64,000 nt of DNA, taken from NCBI GenBank assembly GCA_028534125.1, contig CM052816.1:82648001-82712000 (forward strand). Direction: 5' to 3'. The stretch is from Lama glama. Lineage: Eukaryota. Positions 52,909-64,000 of this stretch are shown one piece after another. Every line of letters starts with the position of its first letter. The first letter of the stretch is position 1. Position numbers and translations under genes: made by a program. The notes beneath the pieces were generated by a model. That model saw only the letters and a program-made list of their open reading frames with translations, was not told the DNA's origin and made no database searches.

Positions 52909-53130
52909 TAGTTGATCGTTGAATAACTTAGGGACTAGGGGCGTTGACCCCTTTGCAGTTGAAAATCTACATATGACTTCACAGTTGGACCTCTGGATCT
53001 GTGGTTCTGGAACTGTGGATTCAGCCAACTGCAGATCATGTAGCAGTGTAGTTAGTACCTATTTGTTGAAAACAATCCACATGTAGGTGGACCTGTGCAG
53101 TTCATGCCAGTGTTGCTCAAGGATCAACTG
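52909..53130. mobile_element. Tigger2-derived MITE (TcMar)
   Basis: Terminal inverted repeats tagttgatcgttgaataac and gttgctcaaggatcaactg, followed by TA. Confidence 0.88.
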
Positions 53131-53366
53131 TATATATACACTTTCCTTATGTTACATGATTATAAAAGAAGTGATCAAATTCTGTAAACTGTTAAACATT
53201 GAACTATTGCTTTTTCAAAAAATTCCAAATACTTTTTTCTCAGTAAGAATAGTGAACTTCCATCTGTGAACATTACTTTTATTACATAAGGCTATATAAG
53301 GTTTTTGGAGTTTTGGTTTTGAGATTTTTTTTTCCTCAATGTTAAAATATAATTACATGACATTTA

Positions 53367-53520
53367 GGGTTGGTGAACACATTGAAGGGCTTGGAGAGTG
53401 GCGCTTCCGAGTAGGGCATGGGAATTCTGTGTCCTTCAACCCCCAGGCCTTGCCCCATGTATCTCTTCCTCTTGGTGTTCCTGAGTTGTATCCTTTGTAG
53501 TAGATCAGTAAGCATGCTTC
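53367..53520 (+). mobile_element. MER21-like LTR fragment
   Basis: ggttggtgaacacattgaagggcttggagagtgg...agggcatggga...tatctcttcctcttgg...gtatccttt. Confidence 0.65.
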
Positions 53521-54199
53521 TTGCCCTGATGAGTAATGAAACAATCCTTTGGCAAATCCTATTGAGTAATACAATCTTCATCTACTCCCAGCAGAAACAT
53601 TTTGGGAAGGTTCTTCAAACTGCTTCTACCTCCTCCATCCCCGATTTATAGCCCAAATCCAAAGAAGCTTCCTGGCTTGTAAATCTCTAAATAAAGCAAT
53701 TATGGAATTTTAGCATTCTTACAGTGCTTTCGGTAAAAACAAGTGGGTATGATTTTTGGAATGATAAAAAAGTACTACTTTTGATCACTTTTTAATGATT
53801 AACTTTCCTTTCTTACAGCCACCAACAAAGACAAGATGTTTTTCCATTAGTAAGCAGTAACAAAAGACTGCAGACTTTTTGCCTGACTGAAACTCCTTTC
53901 TAAGCAACAACCAAACTTCACGCAGAATTATCTTTTTGTATTGTATTTTAAGATTGTGACTATTATGTAAATCCATGTCTTCTGTTGTTGTTGGTTATTA
54001 AACGTATTATTGAGCTTTCTTAGTGGAAATTTCCTGATCATGTGAATGCTGAAAACATTTGAGTTTTGCATGCCAAATATTTTTAAATGATGACAAAGAT
54101 TTTCCTTAAGTGTACACACATGTTGCTCTACTAGTCATAACAATTCTTCACTAGCATACAAATCATAATAGTGTCTAAATATTATTCATAAATATTTTA

Positions 54200-54920
54200 A
54201 TAAGCTTATTATCAGAGTATAAGGAACATACTGAAAATCATCTTCTCATAAACAAACCAAAAGGGTACACAACTTGATGAATTACCACAAAGTAAATATG
54301 TCTAGGAAATCACCATTTAACACAAGGAGAACATTTCCTCCACCCTTGGTGTCCCCCTCACACTCTTTTTAATCACTGCCCCACTCTTCAGTCCAAAGGA
54401 TTCACAACCTTGACTTCTAACATCACATTTTATGTTGGCTTTTTGGAATTTTGTGTTAATGGAATCATATGGTGCATGTTCTTTTGTATGTCTTTATTTT
54501 CTTTTGCTCAGCAAGACATTTGGGAGATTGATCCATGTTGTTTTATGTGGTAGTACTTTGATCATTTTCTGTTACACAGTATTCCACTGTGTAAATATAC
54601 TACAATTAATTTCTCCATTTTGCTGTTAACAAATATGTGGGTGTTTCTAGTTTTTGATCTCTTGTGAATGTTTTTCTAAACATTGTGGCATGGGTCTTTT
54701 GCTTTCACATAGTATGAATTTCTGCATATCTACGTGAATTTTTTGATTTTAGGCTATGCATTTATCTAACATTAGAAGATAATGCCCCTTTTTCTACAAT
54801 TGTTATACAAATGTTTACTCCTACCAGTACTGTTTAGAATTTCTATTGCTCTACATCTCTGCTGACATTTGGTATTTTCAGAATTTAACCACTGTAGTAT
54901 ATGCACAGTGTTATCTTTAT
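54200..54920 (-). mobile_element. L1ME/MD-type 3' region
   Basis: ccttgacttctaacatcac...aatggaatcatatgg...ttttgctcagcaagacatttgggagattgatccatgttg. Confidence 0.75.
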
Positions 54921-55797
54921 ACCACTTAATAAGATTGTCCATAGTTTAATTTTACATATAGATAGTTTCTCAGTGAATAAAACAACATATTACTTGAACA
55001 TCACATTCTTGTTGCTGAAATAGTCTAATGTAGTGTCTCTGTGATAATCTTATGTGCTTCAAAATATTCACTTACCATGCTAAATACTTTAGGATTTTGT
55101 TTTAAATGTATTTATTTTGATATGTCTTTGCAGGAAAATACTCTTTTTTTTCTCTTTTTTTCAAGGATTTAACTAAAGCTATTAAGTATTTGCAGTTCCT
55201 AACCTCAGTAGATTAATCTGGAATGATAGAGACATCCATGGTCAAATAAAGAATTGTACTGATGATAAATACATTATTACTGAAGTGTTAATCTCACAGA
55301 CTGAAATGATCCAATGGGAAGGTCAGAGAGAAATGTTCCTGTATGATATTGCTGCTACTGAGCTGTTTTCTGCTAGTGGATATTATCCATAAAATCTTGC
55401 AAGCCTAATAAAAATGTGAAAAATAGGAGTATATAAAATTAAAAGCGAAACTAAATATTTTAAATATTCACATAAAAATAACTTTACTGATGATTTCAAA
55501 ATAAAATTGACTGAAGTAATAAGATTACCTGGGATGATTAAATGTGTTACTCAGGGGTGGTGTTCATTGTTATAAATATTAAAGAGATTTCTTTGGTGGT
55601 GGATGCTAATAAAAAAGCTTTAAAGACTAAAATAATACTTTTTAAATACAGGAATTTTCAGTGTTCAACTTTAATTACAAATGTAAATTTTTGAATGAGT
55701 GTGAAAAATAATCTAAATCTCTCAACAAATTTGTAATGTACTGAGGAATATACCATGCCACACTGGTTGGGAAGTTGTATGTCTCCTTTAAATAGAC

Positions 55798-55869
55798 AGA
55801 AAAAGAAAGGGAGAGAAGAAGGAGGAGGAGGAGGAGGGAAGGGAGAAGGGAAGGAGGAAGAAGAAAAAT
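55798..55869 (+). repeat. GA-rich polypurine low-complexity tract
   Basis: (GGA)n and mixed GA runs with no pyrimidines. Confidence 0.9.
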
Positions 55870-56004
55870 AGATCAAGTAATATGTTTTAATGTTGTAGAA
55901 TCTGAACTTGAGTAGCCTCTGGACAGTTGGGCCAACTTCCTCCAGTAAATGTGACATCAGAAAAATATTATTTATAATTAGATAGGTGCTTTGTACTGCA
56001 CATA

Positions 56005-57120
56005 AGCATTCAAAATTTATTCAACAAATTTTTTTGAATGCTCACTAGGTGCTGTTTTAGGTAGTGGAGATTTAACCATGAACAAAACAGACAAATTTTG
56101 CTATGTCATGGCCACCAGAGTGACTTGATCCAAGTAGGGAGTGGAAAATTGCAAGAAATGACATCAGAAAAATCTCTTCTGGTCAAATCAGTAGGACTTT
56201 GTTGGAATGGCAAACAAGTTTCTATTTGGCGCATAGTAGAAATCCATAAAGAGGTTTTGTGTAGAGATTCTAAATGACCTGATATAGATCTGAAAAATTT
56301 TATGTTGGCTGCTGTATGATTCTTAGGATTGAGTTCTATTATTTATTTACATTTAAAAATTATACATAAATACATGCAAATTATATATTATCACAGTATA
56401 TAGGTTCAATATTTGAAAGTATACACATATACATTTGTGTACCAGAATTTTAATGGTGTTTGCATGTAGTGATGGGGTTGAGACTTTTAGTCAATCTCCA
56501 TGGCTACTCCATACACATCTTGGGGAGGCAACCACAAGCCCACCACACAATAGTGTCTTAATCTGTCACTATGCCTTTGGGTTGTGTGCATTCTATACCC
56601 ACCAAGATGATCTTTCTAAAGTAAAACTTTGTTGAGGTTACTCACTGTATAAAATCCATGAATAGCTCTCCATTGCTGTCATGCAAAAACTCAAAGACAT
56701 TTTAGGAAAGCTTAAAAGCTATCAACACCGTAGCTCCTTTATTGTCTTCTTGACAGTATCCAAATCAACACAGTTTCCTTGCCATCATTAATATCTAAGC
56801 TCTTTCTAGCCTAGGCACTCAACCCTTTGGAGAAATTTCTTTTCTATACCCATGGACAAAGCACAGGTATCAACCCCTCTGAGAAGATGTCCCTATTCTT
56901 CCAAGGGTGCCCTTTCAAGGTGAGCCTGTGGCATCCACTGCTGACTTCTAATAAGGTATCTTTCTATATTGCGTCGGAATTGTCTCTTTGCCTGTCTTTC
57001 TTCCCACTAGGTTGTAATTTCTGGGGGATTAGAGACTATATCTTCCTATCTCCGGTAAATTGCAAAGTTACTAGCAGAGTACTATTAACTGAATGTCTTG
57101 TTATCATTTAATCAATTACA
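56005..57120. mobile_element. L2 fragments (minus strand about 56005-56320, plus strand about 56480-57120)
   Basis: ttattcaacaaattttttgaatgctcactagg and atgatctttctaaagtaaaac...ttcccactaggttgtaatttctgggg. Confidence 0.55.
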
Positions 57121-57802
57121 TGATTTTGTGGGGTTTTATTTATGAGGCACTTTTCAGGAGGGGCACAAAGGGCAATCATTCTAGACCAGGCAAAAGCTAA
57201 CCTGATCAAAAATGATCTGGAGAGAGAGAATTTTTAAAACAATGATAAAGATATATTTGATGTTGTGAAGAATTATGAACACATATATATTTCTGATAGA
57301 TTCAGTTTTTACCCCTCCTGTTACAATTCAACCTGCATATAATGCTGGACTCTTTTTCCTTCTAAAGCAGAAAGTTCTCTCCCTTGATGGAAAATTTTAA
57401 GTACTCCATTTTATCTACTGCCTAACGTGCAAATTTCTTATGGTTGCATCCAGTCTTCCACATTAGGTCACTTATCTGTGATAGCAGAGAAAAAGAAATT
57501 ACTCTGTAGGGCTTACCATCTGAATTTCTGCTTCCAAAAGGAAAAACAAAATAATTCACATGGGCATACACTCTTTGTTAAGAAAGATACCAAGGTGGAC
57601 TTTTGCAGTGTGATAGTAAATCTTCAAGGCATCATCCAGAAGACAGCAGTGAGATAAAACAAAGCAAATTGTTTTGTGTAGCACAGTAAGAAGCTATTTT
57701 CATGTATTGAGGCAAGTAGGAAGGATGAGAAGATCTTGGAGGTAGCAAAGGTAAGACAATCCTAGCAAAATACCAAGAAGCTAGTTATTTTTCATGTGAC
57801 AG

Positions 57803-58240
57803 GGTGTAGGACAGATCAATGCATACCTTTTCTTAGAAATAGAACCTCCTAAATTTTAGTTAGGCACCTGGCTGTCATAGTAATAGCTACATTTCTCAGC
57901 CTCTCTTGCAGCTAAGCTAGATGTCACCAGATGACTAGTGGGGGAACAGTAAGTTTTGACCAGAAGTATTCAGCTTATGGTTAGTCTGTATAAAAAAGAC
58001 ACCGACTTGCCCTGCGTTTTCTCCTTCCCCTCCTATGGACTGGAAAACGATGGGCATAAAAGCCACCCCTTGAGCAGAATAGAACTACTACACTGGTCCC
58101 ATTCTGCTCATCTCTGTACTTCTCTGTACATCTTTGGATCACTCTGTGCTCTCACCGTATGTGAGATTGAAATAAAGTTCTATTTTACTTGAACCAATCA
58201 ATTTTGGTTCACTTTATTTCAGTAAGATTTGACTATTACT
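57803..58240 (+). mobile_element. MLT1J-like LTR
   Basis: aatagaacctcctaaatttt...ctacatttctcagcctctcttgcagcta; gaaataaagttcta near the end. Confidence 0.7.
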
Positions 58241-60299
58241 AACAAGGATTATCATATCTAATTTTAAGATCTTTCTTATGCTTTTCTACAATTTATTCGT
58301 CCTGTTACTCCAATACTTCAATAAAGCCTCCTACATTTTCATTCTTATGTAAGTGATTGGCATGTGCCCCGAAAAAGGACAATTTGGAAAAGAATAGAAC
58401 TTGCAGAAATTAAGAAATAAGAGCAGAAAATTAGAGTCAGAAGGGAGGATAAGAAACATAAATTCTCTGTGAATCCCCAGAGAAATGCAGAGTTAAAAAT
58501 GAGTTTTCTTTTCCATTTGCACCAGTGGTTTTAGTTAAAGCCTGAAGAAAAGCTATCCTAGCTTGGAGGACCTGAGCTTCTCACATAAGTGACTCCTGAG
58601 TTACTTTACTTTTCCCATCTCATCCCTTACTATCTCTCATTAACGAACCCATTGTTCTATTGAAAATATGTGCAGTTCCCTGGCTTCAGAATAGGTCTGC
58701 TCTTAAGGAGACTATTTTCCTCAAGCTTTCTCCCTTCATCATCACTTGTTTCTCAGTGACTTTTACTACAGTTCCTCATTTTAGCAATTTGTTATTTAGA
58801 ACATTTGAAGAGAAGTCTTGTGTATAGATACCAAAATTGTCTAGGATATTGGAAAGAAATTTCACAGTATTTATCCCTTCTTTTATGTTTGTTATTTAGT
58901 CTTTTCAATCCTGTAAAAGTGTGGTGATGTTGAAAATCCATATATATCTAGAGATTACAATAGATTTGTAAGATTTCTCACACATACATTTAGGAATCTT
59001 ATATTTAAATGGTATTGGAAAATGAATGACTCAGATAATGTGTGGTGTGCCTTGACTCTATAGCCCAGAGAAGTTATATACCTGTTATCAACTGTTTATT
59101 AGCATGTTATGAGTAAGAGTAGCTGAAAGTATAGTTTGCTACTTTCCATTATATAATTAAACTCCCTCCCCTTAGAATTTGTCACTGAATCTATTTATAA
59201 TTTACTTTGCTTGTGCTTTGATTTTTTCTTTTTTCAGCAATGTATGTGAAGACAATTTTAGAATAATTGTCCTTATTAAACTTGCCTTCATCTCACAAAA
59301 ATGTGATCAGTGACATAATTCATTTACTTATTGACAATTTCTTCTTTAATAAAAGTTTACTGATTTTCTAATAGATTCTAAAACCTGAGGAGGACATTTG
59401 AGACACTGGTCTGTGTCTTATTCTCAAAAAAATTACAGTTGAGAAGAAGGGGTGAACAATGTAAACAATGCATTATAACTAAGCGATACGTATGCAGTAT
59501 GCATTTTAGCAGTATGAACTTCAGCATAAAAACTATGAACATATTTATTTAATTTTCTATTTACTTGCTCAAGTCTATCATGGCTCTATTGGTGGGCAAC
59601 ATTATCTCTTGATAACTCTACCTGCATTTACACTAATTCCTCTTGAAATTGGCTTGTCAGTCCAGCAACTATAACCAAGCAGAGGGTCAATTACAGTCTG
59701 AACTGCCCACCTCTGCTGTTGATTCTTGCTGCCACAGCTACTGAAGTCCTCTACACAGAGACTCAAGTTGGTGCAACAGTGGCTTTTCACTGGTTAACAT
59801 TTTAGCTAATGTTGCAGTGGTTCTTCAGTGAGAACATAGCTCATCCCATTGCAACTTTCTGCCATGACCACTCTTGGCCTTCCAAGACTACTGTACAGGT
59901 GTAAGAATTTCCATTCAAAGGTTATCAGTTAGAATGCCAGCTTGCTCCAAGCATATTGTTTCAGAATTTAATAATGTTTCAACATCTGTAAATCCCAGTA
60001 GTCATGTCCTCCTTATCTCTCTGACAATCCTCTTTCCTTGAAATCTGGATTACTTTTTCATCATCCAGGGAGGTCACCCTTGAATCTTTGATTCTACATT
60101 ACTCTTCTGATGGAAACTAACCCTAGAAATTCTTAAGGAGATTTTATCAAGCTTCTAAAGGGGTTTCCTTTAAAGGCTTTTCAGCTTTTGTCTTCTTAAC
60201 GTAGAGAAAAAATTTTAAATTCAACTCTAATGCGGCATCCTACAAATACTATTACAATTGTTATTGCTGAATTACAGGGACCAGCAGTGGCCCAAAACA

Positions 60300-60860
60300 G
60301 TGGTGATCACTTTTGCTTAGCAAGATTGTTTCTGAAAAGACTTCATGGAGAAACTAATGCATGGATTAAATATTGAGACATGAATATGTGTTAGGCAGAT
60401 TGGACAAGGTGGTAAAGAATAGTCCAATATAGGACCTGTGAAAATGCACTCAGAGGTGAGACACATGACAGTACTTTTTGGAAATAATTTGGTGTGGCTG
60501 ATAGCTTAAATCTGAATGCAGATCAGTGTAAGACAGGTCATGGCAGGCGATAAAGTTAAACTGTGGACACTGTAGAATGCCCTGCTAAGAATTTTGGTCA
60601 TAATCCCATAGTCAGCACAATGGTAAGTGAATTTGAAGATTTTAATTAGATCCCTGATATGATTATATTTCAATCTGAATCATCACTCACCTAGTAATAG
60701 TGTGGGTGATACAATGGAGGTATTTGAAAATTTTAATCTCTTAGATAAGAGAGAATTATTGCCTGAAGTAAGGAGAAGAGATTCAACTGTATACAGAAGT
60801 TGCATTGACAAATCTGGATCATGATCAAGGCCCTTGATACACTTAAACAAAGAAGGTTAG
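60300..60860 (-). mobile_element. L2 fragment
   Basis: gacttcatggag, tttggtgtggctg, gtagaatgccctgctaagaattttgg. Confidence 0.55.
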
Positions 60861-60969
60861 TATAATTTTTTTTTTTTTTTACTGATTTTAGGCTTTTGTT
60901 TCTTAACCAGACCAGGTAATTTCTGTTCAGAATTTAATTCAGTTTTTTCTGTCTTTGCTGATAATTTGG

Positions 60970-61465
60970 TCTCAGGTCCATTCATCACCCCTCTCCATTT
61001 ACCTTGTTTTGTAGTGAGCTGATCCCTGCAATCTACTTTTTTCCAGAGCTTCCTTCTTAATAGCTTCTATGCAGTCTCCACCAACAGGAAGCACTGGCAA
61101 GAAGAATAAAGAAAGCAGGACTTGTCTCTCCAGCGTCTCAGCTTCAGGTGGCATCCCCAGCTGTGGCTGCATCTCCTTAGCTGTTCTGACTTCCAACAAA
61201 AGAGCCCCTTTCTGTTAATCCGTCCTCCTTCTAACCAAGCAGCCACTTCATAGTCCCAGATCCCAGGCTCCGTAACATCAACTCTTCTTTTCATGGCTCT
61301 AATCTTACAGTGTTGGATGGAAATCTTAATTGTCTCTGGTTTGCCTCATGGTGTCCATTTTGGCCTTTCAGCTCATTGAAGACTTCAGCAGCCACTTCTG
61401 TATATTAAGTACCCTCTTTCAAACTATCAAACCTGAACCCTGTTTCCCTCACTGAACGCTGATGG
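60970..61465 (+). mobile_element. LTR33-like (ERVL) LTR
   Basis: ccaacaggaagcactggcaag; ends tgtatattaagtaccctct...ctgtttccctcactgaacgctgat. Confidence 0.6.
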
Positions 61466-62093
61466 AATTTTATTAGCTTGTATTACCAGTATTCAGTGAC
61501 TGGAAGAGCTGGCCACACTCTCTGCAGAGAGGATCGTGACTGTGTATGATTTTACATTCTTCAAAACATTTCACATTGTTTTTTCCATGTTGTCTTTAAA
61601 AGAATCCTGTGAGGAGGCTCGGGGATCCAGAGATATGTGACGTCTTCCCTAATTTTACAACAGAAACTATCAGCACCATAAGAACAACTGCAAGAAAAAA
61701 AAGTTCCTTATTCAGCATCTGAAACTACACTGCATTACCTTTTCTTGGTGGATTAATGTCTTTGATTCCTTCTAACTGTGTTATATATGTTGCCTTATAC
61801 TTTTTTTTTTAAAGAGATACTTCTCTGAAACCATACAAAAATAAAATTTAAATATTCGTATGTATGTGTGTATATATATATACACGTTCATATAACTGAT
61901 GCCAGTGTTGAAAGTTTTCATATTAAACTTAGTATTTTTCTACAAGTCAGTTCACTAAGATCAAAATATTTCTTCCAAGAATTTAGAACTTTGGAAAAAT
62001 TTCTGGTAAAATAGAAAGGGCAAATTTGAATTTTCAATTCAGGTTTAGCTTGTAAATAGTTGTGAGAAAGGTGAGATGCCCATCCTTCTCTAT

Positions 62094-62120
62094 CACCACC
62101 ACCACCACCACCACCACCAC
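62094..62120 (+). repeat. (CAC)9 trinucleotide microsatellite
   Basis: Direct perfect run. Confidence 0.97.
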
Positions 62121-62339
62121 TATTTCTGTCCTGCTTCTGAGAACACTGAGAATCTTAGCACAGTCCAAATATTTATAATAGGATATAAGTTTGACCATAA
62201 TTCTAAGGAACACTTCCTTAATCTGAGTAAGACTGCCCTAGAGCATCAGGTTGGAACTACTGAATGCAGGAAAATTCAAAATATCCCTGAGGTCACCACC
62301 CAGTCTGGAGATTTTTGAACAAGTACAGAAACAGAAGTT

Positions 62340-63250
62340 TCCTCTCCATGCTGCTCTGAGGAAGCTCCTGCTGGAGCTGCACTTGGCCTGAGGGCACCAG
62401 CACTCCCTATTTATGGCCAGCTGTGCATCTAGTTTTTTCAAAGCCAACTTTATTCTAGTCACCATGGCCTGAGATCTTGGAGTCACCTTTAACTCCCCAT
62501 CTCCCACTGTTGTCTGGTTCTAAACAAGGACTAAGTCTACCTTATCCTTTCTGAATATTTCTGCTGTTTTTTCCCGCCTTTTTTCATCATCATTAATTTT
62601 TATGTTAGTCTCTCATAGTCCTCTGGGAATGTATTATTCCCTGCTTCTTTGCTCTAAATGGTCCGGTTCATCCTAAAACTGTTTCATCAGATCATTGCTC
62701 TACAGGAATAGCTTGGCTCCTTACTGCCTGTGGGTTAAACTCCAGATTATGTCATTGGGATGATTGTAAGGTTACTCACAGTTAGACTTATCCTGTTTTT
62801 GGAAAATTATCTATACATATTACACACTACTTCCTTTTAAAATTCCAATTCTAGAAAGATAATATTTATTCAGTGACTCTCAAGTGATATGTATGTGCAT
62901 ATGTATATATAGTTACTTCAACTAATTTTATTTTTACCCTATTTTCTATTCTTCAAATGTCCTCCTCCTCTTCCTAGCTCATTATTACATATCTGTCAAG
63001 TTTCATGCAAATGCCATTTCCTTTTAAATTATTTCCTGATTATTCATTATGATTTGTCATCCAACTCTTATGTTATACCATTGTGTGTGTGTATATAATT
63101 ATATCCTGAAGTCTCATCTCCTTATTGAAATTATAAGCATATTAGAAATGGGAGCTAATAATGTAGACTTCTTTGTATGCTAGCATCATTTAACCTGATA
63201 CTTCGAGTTCCTTAATAAAATAGGAATCAAGGAAATATTTGTTTATTCCT
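62340..63250 (+). mobile_element. L2 3' region
   Basis: atcttggagtcacctttaactc, ggctccttactgcctgtggg, ending tcaaggaaatatttgttta. Confidence 0.6.
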
Positions 63251-64000
63251 CATTAGGCTGTCCTGATTCTAACCTAATGTAGCCTAGAGGACAAATGGGC
63301 ACGTAGCGTTTGTGGTTTTGCTTGGAAATAAAAGCAGATGTTTTATTGAGTATCAATATTTTTACATTTATTTACTAATTTCAATGTCTAAAACATCTTT
63401 AAACATTTTGAGGGTTTTCCAGTTCCCTCAATTTTTGTCATTTTTTAAAAAAAGCTATCAAAACTTCAATGCATAGACCCTTCAGTTGGAATGTACAAAT
63501 GTTTATTTTTAACCTCTTTCTGTCACTCCAAATCCCAGATTTTTATGTATAATTTAAATGCAGTAATCTGACAAGTGAATGGCTATGATTTATTTATTGG
63601 ATAAACTACCTAGCAAATTCATACATTTCCGTGTATTAGAAAATAACAGATTGGTACTTAAAAGAGCCAAAATCCCAGAAAACACAAACAAAAACACCAC
63701 CAAAGATTTGTTTTGTACCATTTAGTTTCAATGTGGTTTAATTGCACTGAAATTTTAATTGAGCTGTAATTGCATTTTATTGCATGCATTTGTATGAGTT
63801 AAAAAATACTTAAAGCTGAAATGTGGTGGATGAAACAATTTCATGCATATAGTGAAACAGTTACCATAAAGAAAAGTTTTACCTCTTTTATAGTATCACT
63901 ATCAGGAACTTTAAAAGTTAGGCTTACAATCCAATCACATTTTATTCATCTGTGTTTTTTAGTTTCTGTTTATCCTCTTTCTCACCTCCAGATATACTTA

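Noticed and set aside
62076..62318. Poly-histidine ORF
   Set aside because: Produced by a (CAC)9 microsatellite; the rest resembles no protein I recognise.
1..64000. A novel multi-gene biological system or an identifiable host gene
   Set aside because: No recognisable coding exons or RNA genes; I cannot name the locus from sequence alone, and very short exons could have been missed.

Overview
AT-rich, CpG-depleted eutherian mammal DNA with no recognisable protein-coding exon, RNA gene or prokaryotic system; it reads as a gene desert or the interior of a large intron. Two tRNA-derived SINEs with camelid Vic-1-type structure and camelid-style L1 3' ends point to a camelid (alpaca/llama/camel); this comes from recalled consensus sequences, not a search. 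The window is dominated by layered transposable elements: old L2/MIR/L1M, MaLR/ERVL/ERV1 solo LTRs, hAT and Tigger MITEs, and younger L1 and SINE insertions with visible target-site duplications (TSDs). The only ORF-track peptides I recognise are decayed L1 ORF1p and ORF2p-endonuclease pieces. I did not find a new biological system. Most notable: (1) a 276-bp insert matching no repeat I recognise, retroposed by L1 machinery into an MLT2 LTR; (2) a 500-N gap whose flanks rejoin into a HindIII site at the cut position, so possibly a zero-length scaffolding artefact; (3) a twin-primed 5'-inverted L1; (4) an L1 with a probable short 3' transduction; (5) speculative RFX-TATA-Inr core promoter and in-phase minus-strand exon candidates. 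Repeat subfamily names and boundaries of old elements are approximate.
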